Assembly: GCA_049600935.1 (NCBI GenBank)
Contig: JBMYQB010000001.1
Span: 14,095 to 78,094, forward strand
DNA length: 64,000 nucleotides
Reading direction: 5' to 3'
Source of the DNA: Poseidonia sp.
GTDB taxonomy: Archaea > Thermoplasmatota > Poseidoniia > Poseidoniales > Poseidoniaceae
Shown: positions 54,931 through 63,407 of the stretch, one piece after another
How the letters are laid out: every line of letters begins with the position of its first letter
Position numbering within the stretch: position 1 is the first letter of the stretch
Notes under the pieces: generated by a model
Seen by the model: only the letters and a program-made list of their open reading frames with translations
Told to the model about the DNA's origin: nothing
Database searches by the model: none
Translations under genes and position numbers: made by a program

Positions 54931-55870
54931 TGATGTTGACAATGTCCCCGAAGATGTCCGCCGTGAGGACAGGGCCTTGAGGGAGCAAGGTATTCTTGAA
55001 GCATCGCAAACCTTGGAGCGTATCGCTCGACAAGCCGCCAAGCGCGAGAATCCTTCGCTTGCTGAAACCGACATGGACTTGGGAGAAGTCAAGGTTCACT
55101 TGAGCCTGCACCAACTCGGCAGGGCACGGAAGACGCTCAAGCGAGCCGAGCGCACTCTCGAGGAACTTGAGGAAGACGTCCTTCACCTGCGACGCAGCAT
55201 TGCCATGCTCCATCGCCTGTTGGTCCACAAGCATATTTCTCTTGAAGAAGCCGAGCGAATTCTCTACAAGTTGCGTGAAGCCACCGCTGCAGCCGAAATC
55301 GGCGACATCCGGGCTTCGACCGACGAGGTCGAGGATTTGCTCGAGGACATGATCGGTGGCAACACCTCAACCCTCAATCCGTTCCTCTTCCGTCATTTCT
55401 GGATGGGCGTGGACACCCGCTGGCCTGCCGGAGGCGAAACGGGCGTCCTCCTCGTACGCATCATCAACGACGGCCCCATTCCTATGCCCATGCTTCGCCT
55501 CAAACCTCCAGTCCCCGAGGGATGGACGGCCAACCCCCCCAACGTCGACCTGCCCATCATCGCCCCGGGCGGAAACATTCCGCTTCGCTTTGACATCCAA
55601 CCGGACTACCGTCTTTCTTCCGAAGATATTCCGCTGACTCGCAAACTTTCGGTGGCGACTGCCTACGAAATGCGCTCTGGTGAAATCACGGTGACCATGC
55701 GCGTCCAGAATCGCTCGATGGAACCTCTATCCGAAGTGCTGCTCACGCCCTGGATTCCCTCAGGATATTCCACTGACGAAGTTCCGTTCATCCGCAATCT
55801 CGCTCCCGACGAAGTGGCCGTCATCCGCATGCCGCTTCGCATCAACCTCGGTCAAGGAGGTGCTCTTTGA
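54923..55870 (+). CDS. Coiled-coil protein with a C-terminal NEW3/CARDB-like beta-sandwich, no signal peptide
   Basis: The ATG at 54923 overlaps the upstream stop (ATGTCTGA, 8 nt). The N-terminal ~170 aa are heptad-like and charged. The C-terminus reads VLLVRIINDGPIPMPMLRLKPPVPEGWTANPPNVDLPIIAPGGNIPLRFDIQP. Confidence 0.7.
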   Translation: MSDDVDNVPEDVRREDRALREQGILEASQTLERIARQAAKRENPSLAETDMDLGEVKVHLSLHQLGRARKTLKRAERTLEELEEDVLHLRRSIAMLHRLLVHKHISLEEAERILYKLREATAAAEIGDIRASTDEVEDLLEDMIGGNTSTLNPFLFRHFWMGVDTRWPAGGETGVLLVRIINDGPIPMPMLRLKPPVPEGWTANPPNVDLPIIAPGGNIPLRFDIQPDYRLSSEDIPLTRKLSVATAYEMRSGEITVTMRVQNRSMEPLSEVLLTPWIPSGYSTDEVPFIRNLAPDEVAVIRMPLRINLGQGGAL

Positions 55871-55914
55871 CCGCATCCTGTTCCACCCGCAGAGGCGGGG
55901 GAAAAAACAAAAAA

Positions 55915-56529
55915 ATGGTGAAAAACATGAAAAACGAAATGAAGAACGAAAACCGCGATGACCTCGGGGCCATCGGTATTGGTGCAATGATTGTGTTCAT
56001 TGCGCTGATTCTTGTGGCTGCGGTGGCTTCAGCAGTCATTATCCAGACTGCTGAAAAATTGCAACAAAACGCCCAGAGTACGGGTGAAGATACGACGGAC
56101 ATGATGGCCGGAAAGATCTTCATCACCTCGGTCGTTTTGGTGAACGCCCCAACCGCTGGTGCTGCTGCAGATGACCTGTACATCACCTTCGAACTGGCAC
56201 CTGGGTCTGACCCCATCGATCCTGTCGATGTTGAGTACAACCTCATCTGCCTGGAAACCGGGGCTCGAACGGGTGCAGCAACCCAGTCCGGAAACTTCGG
56301 AACGGTCGCTGGTATCACTGCCACGGCTGCTTCGGCACTCGGAACCGCTGGTGCAGCTGACCCGCTCAACCCTGCAGTGACCTACACTGTGACGCTGACG
56401 CCCACGGGCGACTGTGCTCCACAGGTCAACACCGACGACACGTTCGTTATCCAAGCCGGAGGCGGCGGATTCACGTACGAGATCTTCAAATACGGCGGTG
56501 GCATTGATCCCGGTGAGGTGGTCGTTTGA
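55915..56529 (+). CDS. arlB1: Archaellin (archaeal flagellin) 1
   Basis: Class III signal plus the conserved hydrophobic N-terminus DLG/AIGIGAMIVFIALILVAAVASAVIIQTAEKLQQNAQSTG. In-frame alternative ATGs at 55927 and 55939. Confidence 0.92.
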   Translation: MVKNMKNEMKNENRDDLGAIGIGAMIVFIALILVAAVASAVIIQTAEKLQQNAQSTGEDTTDMMAGKIFITSVVLVNAPTAGAAADDLYITFELAPGSDPIDPVDVEYNLICLETGARTGAATQSGNFGTVAGITATAASALGTAGAADPLNPAVTYTVTLTPTGDCAPQVNTDDTFVIQAGGGGFTYEIFKYGGGIDPGEVVV

Positions 56530-56552
56530 AGACCAACAACCAACACTCCTCA

Positions 56553-57092
56553 ATGGAAGATGACAAATTCGCAGCCATCGGTATTGGCGCCATGATCGTG
56601 TTCATTGCACTGATCCTTGTCGCTGCTGTCGCTGCTGCCGTCATCATTCAGACCGCAGAAAAACTCCAACAGAACGCCCAGTCCACGGGTGATGACACCT
56701 CGCAATCCATGAACGGTAAGATCATGGTCAGCACGGTCGTTGCAGGAACCGGTGCAGCAACGGATTACGAAATCTATGCTCGCTTGGCCCCTGGTAGCGA
56801 ACCGCTTGCCACCGACCAAATCTTCTACCAAATCATCTGTGAGAACAGTGCAACACCCATCGAAGGCTCTGACCCAATCGTTGACGAAATGGACCAGACC
56901 AACGCCGACATTGATACCATTCTGCCCAGTATGCCCGTGATGATCACCATCCCAGGCGCAGGTTGTGCACCAAACGCTGCAAACAACCTCAACACGGGTG
57001 TGCAATTGTACATCCATGCTGGTGGCGGTGGCACGTCCTTCGAGACGCTGAACATCCCTGCTCAGGTTGACCCAGGCACGCCATTGATCTGA
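56553..57092 (+). CDS. arlB2: Archaellin (archaeal flagellin) 2
   Basis: MEDDKFA/AIGIGAMIVFIALILVAAVAAAVIIQTAEKLQQNAQSTG. The listed ORF begins at a TTG at 56526 that overlaps the arlB1 stop. Confidence 0.92.
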   Translation: MEDDKFAAIGIGAMIVFIALILVAAVAAAVIIQTAEKLQQNAQSTGDDTSQSMNGKIMVSTVVAGTGAATDYEIYARLAPGSEPLATDQIFYQIICENSATPIEGSDPIVDEMDQTNADIDTILPSMPVMITIPGAGCAPNAANNLNTGVQLYIHAGGGGTSFETLNIPAQVDPGTPLI

Positions 57093-57134
57093 TGTTTGAA
57101 ACGAGTTCTCTCGTTTCAATATGGAGGAATATCA

Positions 57135-57995
57135 ATGGCATGGCCATTTAGTGGGAATTCCGGTGGAAGCAAAAGCGCAGACCAAGCATTGAGTGAAGAG
57201 CGCCTGAAGATTTTGGCCAACGTGGCCATTGAACAGGTGCCTTTTCCCGAACAGGGGATGCTCTCTGAAGAGGATGCGTGGACGATTTCACCTGGACCGA
57301 CCCGAGCTCGGATTAACAGTCAGCAAAGTGTGCCGAATGTGGCCGCCACGCTCGCACCTGCAGCAGCTCCTGCTCCTGCAGTCTCTGCAACGGTGGACAC
57401 CTCTGGTCTTGAACGGCTCATCAGCAGCCGTCTTGACATGGTCGAGGATGTCCTTCGCATGGTTGAACACCGACTTGATGAAGGTGTATCCGTAAGCGAA
57501 TCGTCTGCAGACGAAGGCGAAGGCGAATACGAAGATGACGAAGAAGGAAGCGAAGACGGGTCCACCGGAGACCGCATCATCACAGCCAGTGGTGAAGTGG
57601 TCGAAGTCGGCGGTACTGCTCGCATGATGGAAGACGACCAAGGGCAACTCGTGGAACTCTACGAGGCACAAGCCTTGGCGGCGAACCCTTTCTTGGTCGC
57701 TCCGCGCTCAAGCGGCTCCGGAAACGGACAGTCAAGCACAGGTGCACCAACCGTGGCTGCACTGTTGCTGGACCACATGTCCGGTATGGCTGCGGTGAGT
57801 TTCACCCAGAAAGCCATGGAGTCCGGTATGCTGACGCAAGAAGAAGGCGATGCAGTGCTAGCGATTGTACAACTTGCTGAACCTGGCGACCCTGAAACCG
57901 CTTTGGAAGACCATTTGCCCCACCGACAATTGTTGGTGTTCTCCGCATTGGTCTCCTCGTGGCGTCAACTTCACATGCTACGAGGTGAAGAGTGA
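57135..57995 (+). CDS. Acidic hypothetical protein at the operon position normally held by FlaC/D/E (ArlC/D/E)
   Basis: ATG preceded by GGAGG. Ala/Pro-rich segment, an acidic run SADEGEGEYEDDEEGSEDGS, and a helical C-terminus. No confident FlaD/E motif recognised. Confidence 0.6.
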   Translation: MAWPFSGNSGGSKSADQALSEERLKILANVAIEQVPFPEQGMLSEEDAWTISPGPTRARINSQQSVPNVAATLAPAAAPAPAVSATVDTSGLERLISSRLDMVEDVLRMVEHRLDEGVSVSESSADEGEGEYEDDEEGSEDGSTGDRIITASGEVVEVGGTARMMEDDQGQLVELYEAQALAANPFLVAPRSSGSGNGQSSTGAPTVAALLLDHMSGMAAVSFTQKAMESGMLTQEEGDAVLAIVQLAEPGDPETALEDHLPHRQLLVFSALVSSWRQLHMLRGEE

Positions 57996-57996
57996 C

Positions 57997-58647
57997 ATGG
58001 GTGCATCGGTTGGTGTTGGCGGATTGATCATCGGCATTTCGATGCTGGTGGTGTTTTCCATGGCCTATCAGGCCATTTCTTTGCAGGTTGATTCTGGTAT
58101 AGACCGAATCGACGATGCAGCAAATGAACCTACACCAACCTTCACCATTGACGATGCAATCATCTACACGGGTGCCATCGTGGATGTCACCATCAACGAC
58201 GGTGGTTCAGGATACAGCAGCGGCGGAACAATCGAAGCATCAGGCGGTACTGGCGGCTTTTCGGCAACGTACACAGTCAACGGGAATGGAAACATTACGT
58301 CCGTGGTCATCACCAGCCACGGCAATTATTCTTCGCTTCCAACCCTGGTTGTGAACGGTGGCGGAACACCGACAGCGACGGCGAGTTTCACAGCTGTCCG
58401 CGGCAGTGTGGTATACGCAAACATGACGAATACGGGCTCAACGACCATCGACCACGACGACATGTGGTTGTACCTCGACGGTCGGAACGCTACGCAATTT
58501 TCATCAGCGTATGTATCGCAAATCAATTCTGAACTCTGGTTCTCAGGAGAATCGCTCAGCCTTCGGTGGTTTGACACCGGGCTACCAGGCGATGAACGAC
58601 TGGCCCTTGCGGTGGGTTCCACCATCGTTGGGCACGCATTGTGGTGA
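57997..58647 (+). CDS. arlF: Archaellum assembly protein FlaF/ArlF-like, with an inserted Gly/Ser/Thr-rich module
   Basis: N-terminal MGASVGVGGLIIGISMLVVFSMAY (FlaF-type helix). Beta-sandwich motif VVYANMTNTGSTTIDHDDMWLYLDG. Operon position before arlG. Confidence 0.7.
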   Translation: MGASVGVGGLIIGISMLVVFSMAYQAISLQVDSGIDRIDDAANEPTPTFTIDDAIIYTGAIVDVTINDGGSGYSSGGTIEASGGTGGFSATYTVNGNGNITSVVITSHGNYSSLPTLVVNGGGTPTATASFTAVRGSVVYANMTNTGSTTIDHDDMWLYLDGRNATQFSSAYVSQINSELWFSGESLSLRWFDTGLPGDERLALAVGSTIVGHALW

Positions 58648-58651
58648 TGAA

Positions 58652-59140
58652 ATGGCGGATGGAGGTGCTTCTTCGATGATTATGCTCGTAACCGGGCTTT
58701 TGATTTCTGGAAGCGCCAGCGTCATTTTGATTGCCGAATGGAGCGATATGGTCCGAGTTGCGGCACTCAACGAGCGGTCACAATCCGACAAGGACGAAAT
58801 CGGTGTCGCCATCAGTGGCGATCATGCGATGGTTACCTACGACGCTTCGGCAGGAGAAATCACCCTGTTCCTCGTCAACACTGGCGAGCATGAGTTAAAC
58901 ACTACGAACTACGAGTTCTTGGTTGACGGTGAAGCGCCCACCTCGGTTTCAGGCACCGTTCTTCCCACCGGGACAGATTGGTTGCCTGGGTACTTGACGG
59001 AAGTCGTTTTGACAGACACGAATTGGAATTACGCCGATGGCGACGACATCTCTGTGTTCTTTGTTGGCACATCTGAGCCTGTTAACGGCATTGTTCACAC
59101 CGTCACCACCAATGCGGAGGTGAGGTTGAATGGCGTTTGA
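58652..59140 (+). CDS. arlG: Archaellum assembly protein FlaG/ArlG-like
   Basis: N-terminal helix SSMIMLVTGLLISGSASVILIA. Motif ITLFLVNTGEHELNTTNYEFLVDGE. Operon position between arlF and arlH. Confidence 0.7.
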   Translation: MADGGASSMIMLVTGLLISGSASVILIAEWSDMVRVAALNERSQSDKDEIGVAISGDHAMVTYDASAGEITLFLVNTGEHELNTTNYEFLVDGEAPTSVSGTVLPTGTDWLPGYLTEVVLTDTNWNYADGDDISVFFVGTSEPVNGIVHTVTTNAEVRLNGV

Positions 59141-59864
59141 TGACAACCCGTTTATGACGGCTCACAAACCCGTTGAGGACGGATTCCCCTTTGTGGTGGA
59201 GACGGATTCGCTTGCTGACTCCATGGGGCTACGATTGCCAAACCGTTCGTTGTACTTGCTTCAAGGAAAGGTCGGTGCGGGCAAATCCCTCATTGCTCAG
59301 CGGCTCATTCACGGCATGGTCCACAACGGCGTCAAGGTGCTCGTCATCACGACAGAGTTGACCACTCGTGGTTGGGTCGAACAAATGGAGAGCATCGGAT
59401 ACGGCATGACCGAGGCCATGCGCAAGGGCCAAGTCATGGTCATGAGCAGGTACGGTACCATTGCCGATTCTCGCCACGACGTGAGCCTTCAGGAGGTCTT
59501 GAGCAGCCCAGCCATCCCAGCAGCCGACGTGATTGTCCTGGACTCTGCCAGTTCACTGATGCCAGAAGAAGGCACAAAAGCCGACCATTATGCCCTGATA
59601 CAACAACTTCGAAAAATCGCTTCCGACGGTCGCTCGTTCATGCTTTGCGCGGACCCTGAAGAGATGGATGAAACACTGCTTCACACCCTTCGGGCATCAG
59701 CCGAAGTGGTGCTTGATTTGGATAACGCCATGATCGGTGGAGAACTCAAGCGCAACATCATCATCACCCGTTTCCTTCGAGCAGCTGGCCCGATTCAAAC
59801 ATCAATTGGATGGCGTGTTGAGCCCGGCATGGGCTTCATCGTGGACATCACGGCGGTAAGCTAG
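59130..59864 (+). CDS. arlH: Archaellum KaiC-like ATPase FlaH/ArlH
   Basis: Walker A LLQGKVGAGKSLIAQRL. Walker B VIVLDS. Overlaps the arlG stop by 11 nt. Confidence 0.88.
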   Translation: MAFDDNPFMTAHKPVEDGFPFVVETDSLADSMGLRLPNRSLYLLQGKVGAGKSLIAQRLIHGMVHNGVKVLVITTELTTRGWVEQMESIGYGMTEAMRKGQVMVMSRYGTIADSRHDVSLQEVLSSPAIPAADVIVLDSASSLMPEEGTKADHYALIQQLRKIASDGRSFMLCADPEEMDETLLHTLRASAEVVLDLDNAMIGGELKRNIIITRFLRAAGPIQTSIGWRVEPGMGFIVDITAVS

Positions 59865-59876
59865 GGGGGGAGATGA

Positions 59877-61592
59877 ATGAGTGACGAGCCACGTTTCCAA
59901 AAGGGCGACCTCAACGGCGTCATGGCTGCCTATCCGCACGTTGCGGAGTGGGTGCGTGATTTCGAGATGCGGTACGGTTCTCGCCCCATCTACTACGGTC
60001 CCCTTGATAGAGATGCCAAAAAGCAACGCCCTCTCAATTTGATTTACGTTACTCGCGAACCAATCTTCGTCCACATTTACGAACCACCCGCTGACGATGA
60101 CGGTGGTGGTACCATTCTCTGGTTCGGACTGGAACCTCAACTCACCGAAGAAGAGGAAAACATTCGCCGTGAACTTGTGGAAACGCTCCTTCAGGAAGCG
60201 CCCACGGCCCCGTCATTTACCACGGATAACGAATTTGAAAATATCCTTGGTCAAATGATTGAGCGGTACACCATTCTGGATTCAGAAGCCAACAACCTCG
60301 TTCGCCGCCAAGGACGCTTGTGGGAGATGGTTGGTATGGACGACAAACGATTGACGGTGACTCAAGCCCAACGGGAACGTCTCAACTATGTCGTGATTCG
60401 AGACCTTATTCGAAATGGACCGCTCGAGCCCCTGTTGTCTGACGAGATGTTGGAAGACATACACTCGGTGGGTCTCAAGCACATCCACATGGACCACAAG
60501 GTGTTTGGAATGGTCACCTCCAACATCCGATTTCGAGAACGAGAATTGCTCTCTCGGTACCTGCGTGCCATGTCCGAGCGTATCGGACGTCCTGTTTCGG
60601 ACAACAAACCCATCATCGACGGTGTGCTGCTTGATGGTTCTCGTATCAATATCATTTTCTCCGACGATGTCTCCATGCTTGGACCGTCGTTCACCATCCG
60701 TAAATTCGCAGAAGAGACCATCTCGGTTATTCAACTCATCAAATGGGGCACCATGTCGGCCCAGCAAGCCGCCTACATCTGGATTTGTCTCGAATACGGA
60801 ATGTCCGTCCTGGTGTCTGGAGAAACAGCATCCGGAAAGACCACGACGCTCAACGCCATCTTACCGTTCATTGATCACAACGTGAAGATTTACTCGGCAG
60901 AAGACACACCTGAAGTGAAGGTCCGCCACAAAATCTGGCAGCGACTGGTCACTCGCGATGCCAAGAACGAAGACTCGCGTGTTGAGATGTTTGACCTGCT
61001 CAAAGCAGCACTTCGAAGCCGTCCTCGATACATCATCATCGGTGAAATCCGTGGTGTCGAAGGAGCGACGGCGTTCCAAGCCATGCAGACCGGCCACCCG
61101 GTTATTGCGACCTTCCACGCATCGTCCATCGTCAAGATGATTCAGCGTTTCACTGGTGATCCGATCAACGTCCCAATTCGGTTCTTTGACAACCTCAACT
61201 TCGCCATCTTTCAAGAAGTCGTTGAGGCACCAGGCGGCGGTATCGCCCGTCGTATCACCGGTATTGACGAGGTCATCGGCTACAACAAACACAGCGACGG
61301 TGTGCTTACCCGTGGCATGTTCGAATGGGACCCCGTTAAAGACAAGCACTACTTCCGTGGTATGTTCCAATCCCACTTGCTGGAAAACAAAATCGCCGCC
61401 ATGGCAGGGTTTGCAAACAAGCGTGACATCTACGACGAAATGCTGCGCCGTGCCGACGCCATTCAACGGATGGCCGACCGCGACTTGACCCACTACGATG
61501 ACGTGTTTGACCTGCTTGGCCTGTACTATTCCAACGGTTGGGACCACTTTAGCCGAGCCATTGACACCTGGGTCGGGGTCAACCACAACTGA
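59877..61592 (+). CDS. arlI: Archaellum motor ATPase FlaI/ArlI (type II/IV secretion ATPase family)
   Basis: Walker A VLVSGETASGKTTTLNAI. Asp/His boxes (PRYIIIGEIRGVEGATAFQAMQTGHPVIATFHA). 571 aa. Confidence 0.95.
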   Translation: MSDEPRFQKGDLNGVMAAYPHVAEWVRDFEMRYGSRPIYYGPLDRDAKKQRPLNLIYVTREPIFVHIYEPPADDDGGGTILWFGLEPQLTEEEENIRRELVETLLQEAPTAPSFTTDNEFENILGQMIERYTILDSEANNLVRRQGRLWEMVGMDDKRLTVTQAQRERLNYVVIRDLIRNGPLEPLLSDEMLEDIHSVGLKHIHMDHKVFGMVTSNIRFRERELLSRYLRAMSERIGRPVSDNKPIIDGVLLDGSRINIIFSDDVSMLGPSFTIRKFAEETISVIQLIKWGTMSAQQAAYIWICLEYGMSVLVSGETASGKTTTLNAILPFIDHNVKIYSAEDTPEVKVRHKIWQRLVTRDAKNEDSRVEMFDLLKAALRSRPRYIIIGEIRGVEGATAFQAMQTGHPVIATFHASSIVKMIQRFTGDPINVPIRFFDNLNFAIFQEVVEAPGGGIARRITGIDEVIGYNKHSDGVLTRGMFEWDPVKDKHYFRGMFQSHLLENKIAAMAGFANKRDIYDEMLRRADAIQRMADRDLTHYDDVFDLLGLYYSNGWDHFSRAIDTWVGVNHN

Positions 61593-61604
61593 GGATGATG
61601 AGAC

Positions 61605-63407
61605 ATGGAGCGCATGCCGATTTGGCAAATCGCCCTGCGTCGGCTGGAAATGCCCGTTCCTCGCTTTCTCACCCTCTATGTCGCACCCATCGTTGTGGCG
61701 ACCTTTTTCATCGCCATCATCGTTGTTTTCCTAACCGGTGGTTTGGCAGAAGGAGCGCTCTTTGCTGGATTCACAGGTGTCCTTTTCGTTCTCCTACTCA
61801 CCGCCATGTCAACACTTGCCGCAGTGGCCTTTCCTTTGCTTGAAGTCCAGCGCTCAGCCACGCTAATTGAAGAAGAAATGCACATGTTCATCACGCGCAT
61901 GGGCATTTTGTCGATTGGAGAAGTGGGCGCTCAGTCCATCTTTGACATTCTCAAACAAATGCGAGATTACGGTGAATTGGCTTCAGAGGTGAAGCGTATT
62001 GAGACACTGGTTGACAAGTGGCATACTTCGCTCCCCGAAGCGGCCCGTATCGTTGCCCACCAAAGCCCCAGTCCGCTTTGGTCAGATTTCCTTGACCGGA
62101 TGGCCTTTTCCATCGAGGCTGGACAACCCATTGACGAGTTCATGCGCTCAGAGCAAGAAACCGTCGCCGAGCAATACAATACGCTCTATGACACCCGCTT
62201 GGAATCCGTGGATACGCTGAAGGAAATTTATGTCTCGCTCACCACAGCCGGTCTTTTCGGTTTGGTCATTGCTGGCATTCACCTCGTTCTCTTTGAAGTG
62301 GGTGGCGTTAACGATACGCCAATCGAAGTCGCCAGTCGACTGCGGTTTTTGCTGTTAGCATCACTGGTGTTTTTGTTCATTCAAGTGGTGGCAGTTTTTG
62401 CTTTCCGTGCGACCATTCCCAAGGATGCTACCTTTGCTCGAGACGAAATGGACACACCGTTCCGAATTAATTTCCGTCGCTCGTTGTTGCTTTCGGGGGC
62501 TGTTTCCCTCGGACTTGTGGTGTTGGCAACGTTCACGCTCATTTGGACATGGGAGGTCATCACCTCGCAATGGGATAAATACGGCCTCTTGTTCATTGCC
62601 GTGCCATTTTCCCCCTTGCTCATCCCTGCGTTGATGGTCCGACGAGAAGAAAATCAAATTCAACGGCGCGATGAGACGTATCCCGATTTCATACGTGCAC
62701 TGGGTGGAACTGCACAAGCACGTTCGGCTGAGCCTTCGGCCACCATCAAGGCCCTACGAGGGATTGATTTTGGTATGCTGGACAACTCAATTGACCGTCT
62801 GGAAAAGCGACTCTCCACTCGTATTGATTCCGACCGAGCGTGGGATTACTTCACGGCAGACACCAACTCCGCCGTTATTTCCCGTTACACCCGTATCTAC
62901 ATCGAAGGGTCCCAATCCTCCGGCCAGCCTGCTGGAACCGCTGAAATGGTTTCGAGGAGCGTCGGAAACCTCCTATCGTTGCGAAACCGCCGCTCTCTTT
63001 CCGCCAATACCATGTGGGGTGTAGCTCTTGGTCTGTTAATTTCAAGCGTCGCATCGCTCAATGTCACCACCGCCATTGTTCTCCAATTGGGGGAAGCCAT
63101 TGCAGGTGTGGCCAGCGGTTTGGTCGACACGGATGTGAGCATGCTCACGGAGTTTGCAGGAGGCATCGCACTCCCGGTGATGGAGGATGCATCATCGGTC
63201 GAGGACAACATTCGAATGTTCAAAATCATCATCTCGTTGTTGATATTGATGCAGGTGGTGGCCGTTTCATCCATCGCAACGCGACTGCGAGGTGGTACGC
63301 GAATGAGTGCCGTAGGGCAGATGATTCAACTCACCTGGGTCGCCGGCCTGGCCTCATTTTTCACCGCCATCGTTCTCGACCAGGCAAGCAGCATCTTCAG
63401 TGTTTGA
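61605..63407 (+). CDS. arlJ: Archaellum polytopic membrane platform protein FlaJ/ArlJ
   Basis: 600 aa with multiple TM helices flanking two soluble T2SS-F-like domains. Position immediately after arlI. Confidence 0.88.
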   Translation: MERMPIWQIALRRLEMPVPRFLTLYVAPIVVATFFIAIIVVFLTGGLAEGALFAGFTGVLFVLLLTAMSTLAAVAFPLLEVQRSATLIEEEMHMFITRMGILSIGEVGAQSIFDILKQMRDYGELASEVKRIETLVDKWHTSLPEAARIVAHQSPSPLWSDFLDRMAFSIEAGQPIDEFMRSEQETVAEQYNTLYDTRLESVDTLKEIYVSLTTAGLFGLVIAGIHLVLFEVGGVNDTPIEVASRLRFLLLASLVFLFIQVVAVFAFRATIPKDATFARDEMDTPFRINFRRSLLLSGAVSLGLVVLATFTLIWTWEVITSQWDKYGLLFIAVPFSPLLIPALMVRREENQIQRRDETYPDFIRALGGTAQARSAEPSATIKALRGIDFGMLDNSIDRLEKRLSTRIDSDRAWDYFTADTNSAVISRYTRIYIEGSQSSGQPAGTAEMVSRSVGNLLSLRNRRSLSANTMWGVALGLLISSVASLNVTTAIVLQLGEAIAGVASGLVDTDVSMLTEFAGGIALPVMEDASSVEDNIRMFKIIISLLILMQVVAVSSIATRLRGGTRMSAVGQMIQLTWVAGLASFFTAIVLDQASSIFSV

